Origin: Cyanophora paradoxa CCMP329
Taxonomy: Eukaryota > Plantae > Glaucophyta
Length of the DNA stretch: 64,000 nucleotides
Assembly: GCA_004431415.1 (NCBI GenBank)
Contig: QPMI01000647.1
Coordinates: 62,001 to 126,000 of the forward strand
Direction: 5' to 3'
This document shows positions 44,901-58,716 of this stretch, one piece after another. How positions within the stretch are numbered: position 1 is the stretch's first letter; every line of letters starts with the position of its first letter. A model generated the notes under the pieces. The model searched no databases, was not told where the DNA came from, and was given only the letters and a program-made list of their open reading frames with translations. The position numbers and the translations under genes are program-made.

Positions 44901-47900
44901 CGGCCTCGATGACGGTGTACCCTTCGAAAGCCGAGCCCAGGGGTACGCAGTAGATTGATTGGGCGTACCCGTAGTCGTACTCGGCGATCCAGGATTCGTT
45001 GTACGGGGGCGCCTCCTCCCAGGGCCCGTCCCAGTCGCCCCCCTTGCGCTGCGGAGGGGTACGGCGATCAGAGAGGACGGGGGAGGAACCGCGCGGGGGG
45101 TACAGCGCACGGAAGCGTCCTCGAAGAGGGCGCGGACGGCGGGGGGGAAGGCGCGGCGGGGGGAGAAGGCGGGGGCGTGCGGGGGCATGCGGCCGTGGAC
45201 GCAGAGGATGTTGAGGATGAGGGTGGAGAGGCCGCGGCAGGAGAGGGAGCGCGCGAGGAGCGAGGCGTGCAGGTGCCTCGTGGACAGCGCGAGCGAGGCG
45301 ACTTCTCGGACGAGGGGGGTAAGGGATTCCCGCCGGAGGAGGCAGAGCATGACGGGCAGCTCGGCCGACTCCTCCCGCAGCGCTAGGGCACGCATGATGT
45401 TGCCCCCGTCCTCGTCCGCCGCCGAGGGCGCCCAATCGTCCGCCAGCAGAACCACTGCGCCGAAACCGGTGGACCAGGGGAGGGAGGGAGGGGGGGCGCA
45501 GCCAGGGGGTACAGTGCGGACCGGACTCTGCGTGGGATACTTTGGCGCGGCCGCGGTCTTGCCGGGATAGAATGGATCCGCGGAGGTAGACGAGGAGCGA
45601 GGCGTAGCGTGCGGACTGGACCAGCGCCTTAAGCTTAGGCTCCGGATCTGCGGGGCGGAGGATGACGACCACACGGCGGTCCACGCCGTGCGCCTGCGGG
45701 GGTACAGCGTTTAGAGAGGAGGGGGGGAACGAAGACGAAGACAGGGGGTACGCGCCGCGGTGAAGAACTCGTTGAGGAAGGAGAGGATGACGTCCGCCGA
45801 GGCCGAGCCTGGGGGTACCGGGTTGACGTTTGGGGAGGAAGGGGTGGGGGAGGGCTTGGATAGTAGCCGCCTCACCGCCGAGGACGATGAAGGGGGTACG
45901 GGAGAGGGCGTAAGAACCGCCGTACCCTGCGGTCGGGCTCGCAGGGTGCGGGAGAGGGTGGAGGGGACGGCGGGAGGGGGGTACGGGATTCTTCTCGCAT
46001 CGCGGCGAGGACGCGGGAAGTCTGCGCCGGAATGACGAGCAGCCCGACCACCTGGGGGTACGTGAGGGGCGGGAAAGGGTACGGGAGCGGCGCGAGAGGG
46101 GTACGTACGATGAGAACGACGACGAGGAGGCGCGCGTCCGCGACAGGCGCCACGTCGCTGAGAAAAGAAGGGTTGGCGGGGGATGGGAAGGGCCGGGGGA
46201 GGGCCCTAGCACCCGTATCCGAGGGTTGCGATCGTCACGACAACAACTGAAAGGCAGTGCGTCAGATCTAGACAGAGGGAGGGCGTGTTGTACCCGGGAC
46301 GATACTGGAGGGAGGGGTGCACGGTACGCACAGTACACAAAGTCGTGGAACCGGAGAAGCTCGTGGTCCTCTGCGGGCGGAGCGGGGCAGGGCGGGGCAG
46401 GCCCGAACGGTTCACTCAGTTCAAGAACTAAAGAGAAGAAGGAAGACGGGCGGTGCTCGCGTTTTGCGTTGTCGAAAAAGACCGAGCCGGGCTCGGAGTT
46501 GGACGCCCAGAACTCCAGGATACCTGCGCCGAAAAGGGCGTATATACTGAGAAAGCCGAAAGGCGAGACAGCGCGAGGGAACCTCCAAGCGGCTGTCTTT
46601 GGACCGGCAGGGAGAAGGGGACAAGAGCCTTAAGGGAGTGGGGATGACGGGGGCTATCGGCGATCGATCTTATCGATTTATCTATGACCGCTCTGGGCAG
46701 CGGGTACAGAGAAGCGCCGGCAAACGGTTCATATTCCTTCCACCCGCTGGCTTCGGGCGGGGTATAGGAGGATGGCCGGGGGGCAGGGGTACAACGCACC
46801 GGCGGAGACGAAGACGAGGGCTATGATGGAGATGACCATGGAGAGGACGGAGCGCGCCACGTCCCGCATCCCCAGAGAGAGCGTCTGCCGCGGCGGGGCG
46901 GGGCGTGAGGGGGCGGTGGAGGAAGGGGCGGGGCGGGGCAGGACGAGACGGGTAAAGCTGAGGAGGGGCGGGCAGGCGGGCGCTGCTCTAACAAGACGGT
47001 AAGCAGGGGGGACGGGAGTAGAGAAGGGGGGGGGGGGGGGGGGGGGGGGCGCGGCTGCGGGGGAAGCAAGAGGGGCTATTTCAAACAAGGCCGAAGGAAG
47101 GGAGGGAGAGGGAACCGCGAAGAGGCGGGGAGGGAGGGAGCCGGGGGGGGGGGGGGGGGGGGGGAGGGGCGGTCGAGGAGGGGCAGGCTGCAAAGCCATG
47201 CTAAAGCCATGCTACAGCAGAGAGAAAAAGCGAATGCAGGGCTCGAAATGTCGACAAGGAAGGAGGTCAGGGGGCGGGAGGGGGGGCAGGGAGACGGGGG
47301 GGCGGGGTCCGACCCCCGCAGACGGGGGTATAGAGCGAATGGGGCGCCTAGCGAGGGCCAAAGAGAGGGAAGGGCGAGGGGAGGGGTACCGACCTGGACG
47401 GACGTGACGATCCGCACCGCGCGGAAGACCAGGAAGACGGAGACGTAGTACCCTTCCCTGCGCGAATCGGGAGGAAATCGGCTGGAATTGAGGGGCTCTG
47501 GGAGCGGGGCCGGGGGCGGGGTGTTCGGGGAGAGAAGAGGAGAAGGGGGACCGGGGAGAGGGAAGGGGGAGGGGGGGCCAAAGGGGGGGGGGGGGGGGGT
47601 GGAGCTGGGCGGGAGCTGCGGACCGCACGCCGGAGAACTGGAGGATGAGGCCAACCATGGGGAGGACGCCTGCAGGGGGTATGAAGCTCGCAGGGGGGGC
47701 AAAGGGGGCGTACGGCACCTGCGAAGAAGTCGGCAATGCCGATGGGGCTGATTACGTAGCGGATGCGCTCTTCAGCGATCACGAAGACGCGAACGAAGAA
47801 TTCAAGGCAGAAGAAGACGGAGAAGAAGACCTCCGAGACAAACAGGCCGCCCCCGGAGTCTGCGGCGCGGGGCGTCGATTTGGGCGGCCGGCGGGCAGCG

Positions 47901-48443
47901 CGGCGGGCGGGGCACGGGCGCCGGGGCGCGCACCGGACGTGTAGGTTCGGATGATGTAAAATGCGCACGAGAGCGTTCCGAGCAGAACAGAAAGCCAGTC
48001 GTGGATGTTCAGTCTGCGGTCGGCGCGTGTGAGAGTGGGCGCGGCAACGAGGACGCCGTAGCGCTCTAAAGTCGACTGTGCCCCACGGAGCTTCAAATTG
48101 ATCAGGCAGGGCTCTCGAAGTTAACGACCCCCGCAAGGCGGCGGCCAACGCTCGTTTAGCTAAGCGAGTGTTCGAGGGGCGGGGTTACACGCGCGAGAGA
48201 CGCCTGTCATACTTAAGCAGGTTGTTACTGAGGGCACGCGTGCAGAGACAGGAAGCGCGGGCGGCACATTGGAGGCCCGATCTTTCAAGAAAGCTGGTTG
48301 CGTACGTGCGCAGCGCACCGATTGGAAAGGAAGAGCAGGATGAAGAGCCTCTGGACAAAACCGAGCTTTCGCTTGATCGCCTTGCCACCGGAGCCCGGGG
48401 CCGAGCTCCCGAACCCCGGAGAGGCAAGCGCCGTGCGGGCCAT
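41270..48443 (-). CDS. BK/Slo-type (RCK-domain) potassium channel, multi-exon
   Basis: TM exons FVSEVFFSVFFCLEFFVR, S4 FLVFRAVRI, S5 MVISIIALVFVSAG. Pore FHDFVY|VVVTIATLGYG|DVAP. RCK: SFLNEFF, YLRGSILSRQD..RAK, DEDGGNIMRALAL, LLARSLSCRGLSTLILN, WIAEYDYG, LPLGLYR, FVFCNP...GDLVYAL*. Confidence 0.9.
42580..43170. repeat. Two local duplications inside channel introns
   Basis: An exon fragment (DRALLRKPPALAPADAEVP vs DRTLLRMPPALTPADTEVP) is repeated at ~42593-42650 and ~42698-42757. A 68 bp unit occurs at 42947-43014 and 43103-43170. Confidence 0.75.
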
Positions 48444-48761
48444 TCTGATCTTTGGTCGGGCGCCGACTGCTGTGCAAGACAAGGACTACTGCTCACTGGC
48501 AGCTGCGCGCACAGCTCATGAGCTATGACCGGCAGCCGATCGACTGCCGATCCACTCGCGACTGCTCAGGAATGCTGTGCTTTCTTGCTACCGAAGTGGT
48601 TTTCGCATCTCCTCGAAGGCGCGGCTGGCTGGGCGAAGCGCAGGTTGCTCTCGTCGGGGGTACAGAGCTTCCAGCACACGCCAGGCGAGTCTGAGGCGAC
48701 CCCGCAGTCCGCAGCAGACGAGCCCGCAACCCCAGAGCCCGCAAATCGCAGCAGGCGCGTT
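48444..48761. promoter_or_regulatory. Putative bidirectional promoter between the K+ channel and the NACHT-WD40 gene
   Basis: Divergent predicted ATGs about 320 bp apart. Confidence 0.4.
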
Positions 48762-51700
48762 ATGGGCTGCCGTTATTCGAAGCATGGAGCTCGAGCAGCT
48801 CGCCCCGCACCGGGCGCCACGTCGCTCAATCCCTTTAACTCCGATCTGGCGCTTGCGCTGAAGGAGGGACAACTCCTGCAAGGCGATGCGCATGCCCATA
48901 AACCGGAAAAGGGGAAAGGTTCGACAGCGCGTTCACTTCAACAGCTGCAGCGCTGACACGTCGCCGGGGCGCCTTCCCGATCCCCCTTGCGCAGAGAAGT
49001 TAAAGAAGTCGATCTTCCACGCTTGCAAGCAGCCCGCGTGAGCGTGTCTTCTCTCTTTTCCAGGGCCAGCTCGAGCTCCGTACGTACGCGTCCGCGTACG
49101 TGCGCGTTCGCAGGGTTTCCGGAGTGGAGAGCCCGTCCGTGGCTGCAGGTGCGCAGTCGTGCTCTCTTCTCGCGCAGAATCGTCACATATATCGAGCCCG
49201 CCCGCGTGGCAGAGATCAAATCCGCAGCTGCAAGGATTCCTCGGGAGGACCGCGCGGAGTTCCGGGCGATGCTCGAAGAGGCTGATCGTGCTGTTTCTAT
49301 GCCCGCGGAGGAGGACGCTGCTGCGAAGGAGGCCCGAGCGCGGGTGCTCTGCGGCGACTTGTCGGGCCCGAAGCCGACCGCAGCTCGGCGCGTTCTTCGC
49401 GTCTTCTTCTCCTCTACGGTGCTCGCCACGCTTTCCCCGCCCTACAGTCCCGCCGCTGACGCCTTCCGTTGCTTTCCGATAGTTCAGCGGTGCGATCAAT
49501 TTGCAATCGATCGCCCTCAGCGGGGCGAGCGCCCTGCAAACCGCGCGCGCGCAGACATGGAGAGCGAGCGCAACGACCTGCTAGAGGACGTCTTCTCGTA
49601 CCTCTCGACGCTCGCCCGCCGCCTCGGCCTCAGCTGGCAGGCCGTCGACATGTGCGGGCCCCGCGTCGCCCTCGCGTCTCGCCGCTGCGCCCTTGCTAAT
49701 GTTTACTTGTCTGTGCGCGCGTGAGCAGGCGCTGGGGAGTTTCCAGCGAGTCTGTGGACGGTGCCTTGCCCCTCGGCGCGTTTGGCGTCCCGCTCTTCCC
49801 AGATGCAGAGCGCCCCCTCCGCAGACCACGACGTTACGGACATCTGCATCGACGAGGTCCTCCGCTGCGCGGCCGAGTCCGCAGGCGCGTCCGCCCCTGC
49901 ATCGATACCGGCCCGCGCTGCCGGTCGGCTCGCCGGCCCGTGACCCGCGCGCGCAGGCCCGGCCTTCGTCTTCTTCGCGGGGGACAAGTACGGATACCGG
50001 CCGCTGCCGGCCCGCGTCCCCGCAGCCGAGTTCGAGGTGCTCCTGGCCCGCGCGGAGGAGCAGGGGGTACCCCCCGAGGACCTCGCCCTCTGCCGCAAGT
50101 GGTGAGCGCCATGTACCCCCCTTTTTCTTTCCTCCTTCACCCCTTATCCCCCTCGTCCCCTCCCTCTCCTTCTGCCCGCCGACCCGCCCACAGGTACGCG
50201 AGGGACGACAACGCGGTACCCCCCGCCTACGCGCTCTGGCGGATCTCGTCCCTCCTGCCCGGCGCCCTCTCTCCGGACCGGGCGACACGCGAGGCCGTGC
50301 GCTCGTTCGATTTCTTGCGGCACGCGGGCGCCGACCCCTCTTGATCTTTGCGGTCAGGCGGAGCGGGAGTGGGCCGAGGCGAGCGAGCGCATGGCGGCGG
50401 CGCTGCGCGGGGCGTGCGGGGCGCTGCCTGACGAGGAGGCGCGGCGCAAGTACACCGTCAGCGTGACGGAGCTCGAGGTCGACGCCGCCCTGCGCGCCCT
50501 CCGCGCTGCCGACCGCGACGACGCTTTCTTTGCCGTCCGGTCTGCATTGCCTCCGGTCCCGTCGCGCCGCCCCGGCTGACGGCGCTCGCGCGCGCGTCTC
50601 GCCAGGCGCCGCATCGAGGGAGTCGAGGGCCTTGCAAGGGCGATCGCCGGCGGCGGCGGCGCCCAGGCGGCCGCCTCGCCGCGCTTCGCCGACGTCGTGA
50701 GCCGCTTCGTCGACGTGGAGAAGCTGCGGGCGCCCGCCGCGGCCGCGGCCGCCTCCGGATCCCGTACCCCCGCGGGCATAGGCCTCGGGTTTGACGCCGG
50801 GGCCCGCGAGCTGCTCCAGCGGCTCCTGGAGCGCGTGCGGGGGGCTGTGCCCGCCGGGCGCAGCGCGGAGCTGGCGACGCCCTTCGCCGTGCCGCTGCCC
50901 GAGGCGCACGTGCGGGCCTTCTCCGACGCCGTGTGCCGCCTCCTCGCCCGCGGCATCGTCGCCGCCGCCCGCCGCGCCGCCGCCGCCGGCGCCTCGGACG
51001 CCCTCGCCGCGGAGGCGCTGCAGCACCTCCAGCAGGCCTGGGAGGCCGCCGAGGCCTGCCACGGGCGCGCCGACATCGTCGCCCGTGCCGCCGCGTACCT
51101 CGACGAGGGCGCCGCGGAGGGCGGCGCCCCGCTGGCGCTGGTCGGAGCGAGCGGCGCCGGCAAGAGCTCCGTCATGGCCGCCGCGTGGCGGGCGGCGTGC
51201 GAGCGTGCGGCGGCGCGCGGCGCGCGGCCGGTCGTGGCCGGCCGCTTCCTCGGCACGACCCTCCACTCCGGAGACGCGCGCGGGCTGCTTGCCTCGCTGG
51301 TGGCCCAGCTGGCGGAGGCGTACGGGCAGCCCGCGCCGGAGCTGCCGCTGGGCGCCGACGCGCGCGCCCTCGCGGCGGCCTTCGAGTCGTGCCTCGCGTG
51401 GGCGACGCCGGAGCGGCCGCTCTTCGTGATCCTGGACGCGTTGGACCAGCTCTCGGACGAGCAGCGCGGCCGCGGCCTCGCCTGGCTGCCCGTCTGCCTC
51501 CCGCGCCACGCCCGCCTCCTCGTCTCCATCCTGCCCGGCCCCGCCGGCGGCGGAGCCCTCGAGGCGTTCCGGCGGCTGGGCGGGGCGGCGGTCGAGGTTC
51601 CGCCCTTCGAGCGCGCCGCCGCCGAGGAGGCCCTCGACGCCTGGTGCGGCCCCGCCCGCCCGTTCAGCACGCGCCCTTCCTGTCGCTCTTGACTCGGCTC

Positions 51701-54700
51701 GCAGGATGCGGGAGGCGGGGCGGACGCTTCAGCCGGCGCAGCGGGCGGAGGTCATGCGGGCCTTCGAGGCGGGCGGCACGCCGCTCTTCTTGCGGCTTTG
51801 CTGGGACGAGGCCCGCCGCTGGCGCAGCTCCGAGACGGGCCGCATCGCCGCGCGGGACGCCGCCGCTCTCTGCGAGCGCCTCTTCGAGCGCCTGGAGGCG
51901 AAGTACGGCCGCCCGATCGTGGCGGCCGCGCTGGGGCTCGTTACCGTCGCCCGGCGGGGCCTCTCGGAGGCCGAGCTGTCCGACGTGCTGAGCTGCGACG
52001 ACGCGACGCTGGACGCCGTCTTTGCGTGGTGGACGCCGCCCGTGCGGCGCGTGCCCCCGAGCCTGCTCCTCCGCGTCTTCTCGGACCTCGGGCGCGCCCT
52101 CACCGAGCGCGGCTCGGGGGACGCCTCTGGCTCTACCGTCCTCGGCTGGTGCGCGCCCGGCCCGATCGCGAGCCAACGGTCGCGGCATCGGTGACTCTGG
52201 GATTCGCACAGGTACCACCGCCAGTTCGCGGAGGCCGCGGCACGCCGCTACGTCCACTCCGACCCGCAGCGCACGCGGCAGGTGCGAGCGCGCACGCGCA
52301 TTAGGAAGCGCCGCTTCGAGTTTCCTCTGGTTCTGAATTTCTGGATTTCGCGCCCGGCATCGATATCGCGCAGTTGCACGAGCTGCTGGCGGCCTACTTC
52401 GGCGACGCCTTCGCGCGGGGCAAGGAGCACCGCGGCGCGCTGGCGGACCGGCGCCTGGCCCCGCAGCCGCTCTTCCTCGGGGCGGCACCCAACGTGCGGC
52501 GCTGCCTCATGCAGCCGGCACACCTCGCCGCCTGGGGCCAGCTGGCGGCCCTGCTCGACCTCTGCCGGCGCGCCCTTGCCCTTGATTTCAGCGTGGCCGA
52601 ACTCTAAGCGAGCTGACCGCATGCCGGGCCGGGTCTGCACGCAGGGACACCGACTTCCTGGAGGCGTGCGCGCGGGGCGGCTGCGTCCCAAGCCTCCTCT
52701 CCGTCCTGGCCGAGGCCTCGGCGTCGGCCCCGCCCGGCGATCCCGAGCTGCGCGAGGGCTTGGCGGAGGTCGCGGGGTTCCTGGGGCGCCACAGGGGCCT
52801 CCTGGGCGCCCTCCCGGCCCGCGGCTTCCTCCGCCAGCTCGCCGCCAACGAGCGCGACGGGACGGGCCTCGCCCGCCGCGCCCGCGCCGAGCTGGAGGCC
52901 GCCGGCGCCGCGTGGCTCCGCCTCCTCAACAAGCCGGCGGGGCGCGACCCGTGCGCTTTCCTCGTCGAGGGCGTGAACCCGGTGCGACGCGGAGGCCGAT
53001 ATATATATATCGATTTGCTTTTGAAATTGGAGTTTAAAGTTCGACGCAGGCGCGGGGCACGCACCGGGGCGGCAAGGCCCTCGAGGACGCCCTGGGCGGC
53101 AGCTGCTCGGCCATGGACCTACTGGGGGACACCCACGTCGTCGTCGCGAGGTGCCGTCCCGAGCATCTGATGCGAAGCTGGGCTGGGCGGGCCGCGGCTG
53201 ATCGGATGCGGCGTCGCCCTGGCCTGTCGCTCGCGCATGCAGCACCGCGACCGGAGCCGTACTCTGCTTCGACTGGGCCGCGGGCGAGCGCTGGACCGCG
53301 CGGCTCGCGCCGGCGGCCGTGCCCTCGCACCCCGTCCGCGTATCCAACGACGGCGCCCGCGTCGCCGTCGGCCTGCTCGACGTGCGCCGGCCCCACAGCC
53401 AAATTTAAAGCTCACGTGCACAATTGCAATGGATATCAGGCTAGCGCTCCGCCGCCGTGAGATGCTGACTTTGAGCGCGGCGCGGCGCGCCCGCAGTTCC
53501 CCTCGATCGCGGTGCTCTCTATGGAGGACGGACGGCTCCTCGGGACGCTCAGTGCGGGCGGCTTGCACCGCAAGAACGGCTACGGGTGTCCTCGAGCCCG
53601 CCCCCCGAGCCGTCGACGTCCCGGCGAGCGCGGCCTGAGGGGGACACCGCAGGGACCGCCTTGAAGCGCTCTGCTGGAGCGCGGACAGCACCAAGCTCGC
53701 CTCGGTCGGCACCTCGAGCCGCAGCCCCGGCCCGCCCTCGCCTGGCCCGCTTACGCCTCACGCTCGCAATCGCTCCAGGCCGCGACGGGCGACTGCTCGA
53801 GCCGCGAAATCGTGCTCTACGACGCCGTCGCCATGGCGCCGCTCCGCGCCGTGTTCGTGAGCTCTCTGCTTGTTCTTGCCCGGATCCGGATCCGCCGATA
53901 TTCGACCGCCCCCCAACCGATCGCATCGCGATCGATATCGCCCGCGCACGTGCAGACGCTGCGGCCGTCGGGCGGGGCGATGTGGGACATCCACGCGCAC
54001 AGCGTCCTCGGCGCGCACGGGCGCTCGGGCTTTGGCTACGGCAACACGAGGGACGGCAAGCACGTCTTCTACCGCGTTGGCGACGACGAGTGCGCGCCAG
54101 ATCTGTCTTTTCCCCTGCCGCGTCGCACTCTTCAAAAAATATCCTGAGGGTCGACCTCCGCAGGGCGCAGCTGGGCATCGGGAACGGGTACAGCGGGAGC
54201 GAGCTCGAGGGCTTCACGTGCGCTTCGCTTCCCGCTGCGATGCTTCCCTCTCCGCTCGCCGCCCTCTAGATCTGAGCCCGCCCCGCCGCCGCACACGCAT
54301 GCAGGAGGACGCTGGCGGAGTCCTACTGCGGGCGCCTGCGGGTCGTGTCGCGCCAGTTCGGCGCGCAGCGCGTCGTCGCCGTCGCTTCCTTCGGCAACGC
54401 CGCCGGCGCCGGCTCCGGATCCGCCGCCCCGCGCATCCTCTGCGTGCTGGGCGAGGAAGGCCCCGTCCACGGGGCGGCCGTCGAGCCGCTGGCGGGCCGC
54501 CCCGGCGTCCTTCGCGCCGTCGTCGTCCGCCATCCGGAGGCGTCTGTGCCGACCCTCCTCGAGTTCGACGAGGCGGCGCCGGGCGCCCCCGCTGGCGCGG
54601 TGGACCTGGCGGAGGTCGGCATCAAGGACCCCGGCGCCCTCGAGTGGGCTTCGCGGCTGCGGCTCCCGCGGGCGCGCCCCGCGGGACGACTGGTCGGCCA

Positions 54701-57509
54701 CGCCAGCAGCATTACGGCGATGCGCCTCGCGGAGGGCGGCCGCCGCCTCGCCACGTTCGACAGGCGCGACCTCCGCGGCTGGGACCTCGAGCAGGTGCTT
54801 TTCGCATGGATCAACTCGCGAGCGAGCGAGCGCTGGCCCTGGCCCTGGCCTCACGGATCTACGCATGCGCGCGCAGGTGAACCTCCAGGACTGCGAAGGG
54901 GGCGACGCGACGATGCAGGGGGGGCCCCCGCCGGCCCTCGTCGCCGCCGCGCCGCTCGCCGGCGGCGGCGGCGCGAGCCTCGTCGCCAGCCTGCGCGCCC
55001 CGGCGACCTCTCCCTCGTCCGCTGCGGCGGCGGAGCCGCCGCGGCCGCGGCCGTCGTGCGGCTCTACGATGCGACGGCGCGCGAGGCCCGCGCCGCCGCC
55101 TCCGCGCTCCTCGAGCTCCCCGCCGGTGGAAGAGACGGCTGCGCCACCGCCCTCTACGCGGCCGCCACGGACCGCGGCTCCCTGCGCTTCCTCCGCGTCG
55201 AGGCCCCCGCCGGGGCGCCGCGCCCCGCGCCGGGCCCCCGCCGACCTGCAGCTCGGCCTCCCGCCCCGCTGGTCGCCCTCGAGCTCGCCCCGGGCCCCTC
55301 CGCCGGTGCGCGCGGGCCGGGCGCGCCGGGGCGCCCGCGATCCGCCCTCCGAATTCCGCAGAGCTCGTCCAGGTCTTCGTCGGGCTCGAGGGTGCGCCCC
55401 CCTTTTATTCCGCGCACTTTCGCACCACCTTTGAATTTCGCGCACTTTCGCACCGCTGAGCCTCTCCCCGCAGACGGCGGCGTGCACGCGTTCCTTGTCC
55501 GCCTCCCGCCGGCCGGCGCCGGCGCCGGCCCTGCAGCTGCTGCGCTCGAGCCCGGCGCCCGCCGGGCGTCCTGGTTCCACGGCGCCCCCGTCGCCCGCAT
55601 TGCCGCCAGCACCGCCGTCGAGGTGCCGCCTTCAAGCTTCTCGCCGCTCTTCCCCTTGAGCTTCCCCCGCCATCGCCTCTGACACTGGCCCCAGGGCGGG
55701 CGGCCGCGGACGAGCGTGGCGTCGCTGGCGTACGACGGGACGCTCGTCCTCGCGGCGCTGGGCCCGCGCCCCGCCGACTGCTCCGCCGCCCTGCTCGACC
55801 GCTTCGAGGTGCGCCCCGGCTCGGGGTCGGCGGGCGGGGCGGGGCAGGGCGGGGCGGGGCGGCGTGGGGCGTAGATCTGACCGGGTCGTGGGCGGCTTGG
55901 CGCAGATCTCGGCGGCCGACGGGACGCCGGCGCTGGCGATCGGGCGGGGCGCGTCCCCGCTGGTCGCCGCCGCGGCCGGCGCGGAGCTGCGCCTGTACGC
56001 CGCGGGCCCCGACGTCGACGGCGGCCGCGCTGCGCGGCGCTGCGGGCCACTCGGGCCGGGTCGCCGCGCTGGACTTCGCCGCGGGCGGCGCGCTCGTCTC
56101 GGTCGGCGCCGACGGCGCGGCGCTCGTGTGGGACCCCGCGCGCCACGCGGCCCCCGCGCGGCGCCTGGCGCTCTGGCACGTGGCCGGCTGTGAGGTGCCG
56201 GTCTTCGGTGGGGCGGCCGTCTTGACGGCGGCCCCCAGCGACGGCGAGCCGGTCGCCAAGCTCGAGGTGCGCATCCTCTCTTCCACTTACGACTCCGCCC
56301 TGAGGTCCCCGGCAGATCGTGGACGTCGCTGGAATCCCCGCGGCGGGCGACGCCGACGCCGCCTCCGACGCCGCCGCCGGCGGCTGGCCCGAGGCGGCCG
56401 GCCCCGCGCTGGCCGCCTCGCCCGGGCTCTCCTACGCCGCCCTCGCGGCGTCCTTCGCGAAGCGCTTCTCCATCTCCGTCGGCGAGCGCTGCCACATGGA
56501 CCAGCCGGCCTGCTGGTCCGGATCCGCCGCGACCGCGACCGCCTGCCCTGTGTCTTAAGCTTTAATTTCTTCTTTAGGATGCAGAACTGGCGCGACTTCC
56601 CTGAGACGGTGCCGCCGTGCACGTACGCCGCGATCTACGAGGTGCGCATGCCTTAAAACATGCACGGCCGGCCGGCCGGCCGGCCGACGCGGCCGACGCG
56701 GCTCTCGGGCAGCTGGAGGTGACCGAGGAGACGCGGGCGGACGGCCTCGTGCTCTTCGCGGGGGCCCTACGGGACGTCGCCTGCGCCGCCGAGCCGAGCG
56801 CTTACCTCGGCGAGTGCCGCGGCACCGACTACGACCCGTGCGCCCGCCGGCCCGGTCATCAAATTCGCTGCCCCGGCGCGCGCCGGCTCCTGCGCCCGCC
56901 GACTCGCCCTCCCCAGGCTGTCGTTCAACCGGCACGTGGACGAGGACGAGCAGATGGCGCTCTGCGGTAGCGGTGCGCCCCGGCCCGGCTCGGCCCGGCC
57001 CGCGCTCGAGCTCGAGCTCTGCACAAATTCGAGGGAGAGGCGATGCATATATATTGACCGGCGGCGCGCGCGGCAGGGTGGAGCGAGGTGCCGCAGAACC
57101 CCTTCCGCGTGCTGCGGGCCGGCCGCCTGCTCCTCGGCCTCCACCAGTCGAAGGACGCCGGCTGGAAGAGCGGCTACGGGTTCGGCGCCGCGCGGGTCCG
57201 TACGCGTCCGACTCCGCTCGCGATCGCGATCGCGATCGCGTTCGCGCGCACGCGTACCCCGATGCTGATCGCGAGCCGGCGCCAGGTCTGCCCGGCGCCT
57301 TCGGTCTCGTCCGAGGATGGCCGCGACGCCCCCTCTGCCGCCCGCGCCCGTGGTCGGAGGCCTTCCCTCTCGGAATCTGTACCCCCCGCCGTACAACTGC
57401 CTGTGCTGACCGCATCTGCCGCCGCGCAGCGTCTGGGCGCCCCGTGCCCGCCATGGCGGTCAATGCCGTGGCCGCTGGCGCCCACGTCGACGGCCCCTCG
57501 GCGGCGTAG
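48762..57509 (+). CDS. NWD1/NWD2-like STAND protein: DUF4062-like domain, NACHT NTPase, WD40 repeats
   Basis: MGC start; LRVFFSST|.DMESERNDL, VDM|RWGV, ICIDEVLRC, FFAGDKYGYRPLP; YTVSVTELEV; Walker A GASGAGKSS; RFLGTT; Walker B FVILDALDQL; TPLFLRL; GLSEAELSDVLSCDD; W|YHRQF; WD repeats LLGDTHVV, LVGHASSITAM...GWD, CGHSGRVAALDF...LVWD. C-terminal exons uncertain. Confidence 0.88.
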
Positions 57510-57681
57510 AACCTCTGCGCAGGCCGACATCCTTAAACTTGCTTCGAATTGCGATGAACCGCCGGGACTGCATTCGTGCTTGTAGGTTTCTAGATCTTCC
57601 GTTTCATTCCCTTTCATTCCTAGCTATAGCTATAGCTATAGCCTGCACAGCTTTTCCAATCTCATGACGATTATCATTAGC

Positions 57682-57709
57682 TACAGCTGCGGATGCATCC
57701 GCAGCTGTA
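57682..57709. repeat. Perfect 28 bp palindrome TACAGCTGCGGATGCATCCGCAGCTGTA in intergenic DNA
   Basis: Directly visible. Confidence 0.9.
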
Positions 57710-58716
57710 ATCATGATATCGATCATCTAACCGAACGTTAACCATGTCAATGCGCCCTTTCGTTTCCTTCAATTTCATGCCATGCCGATAGCATGTTTCT
57801 AAATTTGCACAGCTTTTCCAAATACGATTCCATGATCATATGCATTGATATCGATGATCATGATTAACTGCAGTTGCAAAGGCATCAGTGTCCGTTAGTT
57901 ACACGACCCACATGTTCGTTTTACGGCGCACGCAATCGCGTTTCAGTGCACAGTATGTACTAAGCATCAGATCTGCTGCTTCGAATTGCGTTAGAGTGCA
58001 CAGTACACGTAGCTCTAGAGCTCTACATACACAGCTCGAGACCTAGACCATTAGCTAGACCGCAGGAGGACCATCATGAACCGCGCTACGGTAGATAGAT
58101 AGTTAGCGCTAGCTATAGTGACCTGATCATCATGAACCTGATTAAGCAGTAGTAGACCTGAACCTAGCTTAGCGAGCTAGCTGGAGCAGTAGTTAATGAT
58201 CGAATTCGATTCAGAACCAAAGGCCCGAGATCAAGATTCAATCCAAGGCTGCAGTCATTATCACCGATCGAGACTTCATGCGTCGATGTCAACGGCGTCA
58301 TCTTGCGGCGCTAGCTGCAGCTGCGCATGCGGCGTTCAAAGAAATCGATCATGAATTCGTCGAAGGCCTGTCTTAACTGGCCAACTGTTGGATCCGGAGT
58401 TCGAAGCGTTCGGGACTATAGCTGAGCGTGGAAGCGTCCTCAACTCGGCGACAGCGTCGGACATGTACAGCGCACGAGCAAGCTGTTCCTGAACCGGGCT
58501 GTCCTCTCTCATGCCTAGCGGCTGCAATATCGCTAACTAACACACTAACACATAATCGTTATCACTGAATAGCTAGCTAGCGAGCTATAGCCCGGGGCGT
58601 CTCAAACTCTGCGCCGACGGATGCGGGGACTCCGGGATTGGGGTGCGGGGGGTGCGGGGGGGGGGGGGGGGGGCGGGGGGGGGGGGGGCGATCAGGCGTC
58701 CAGCTCACGATCACGA

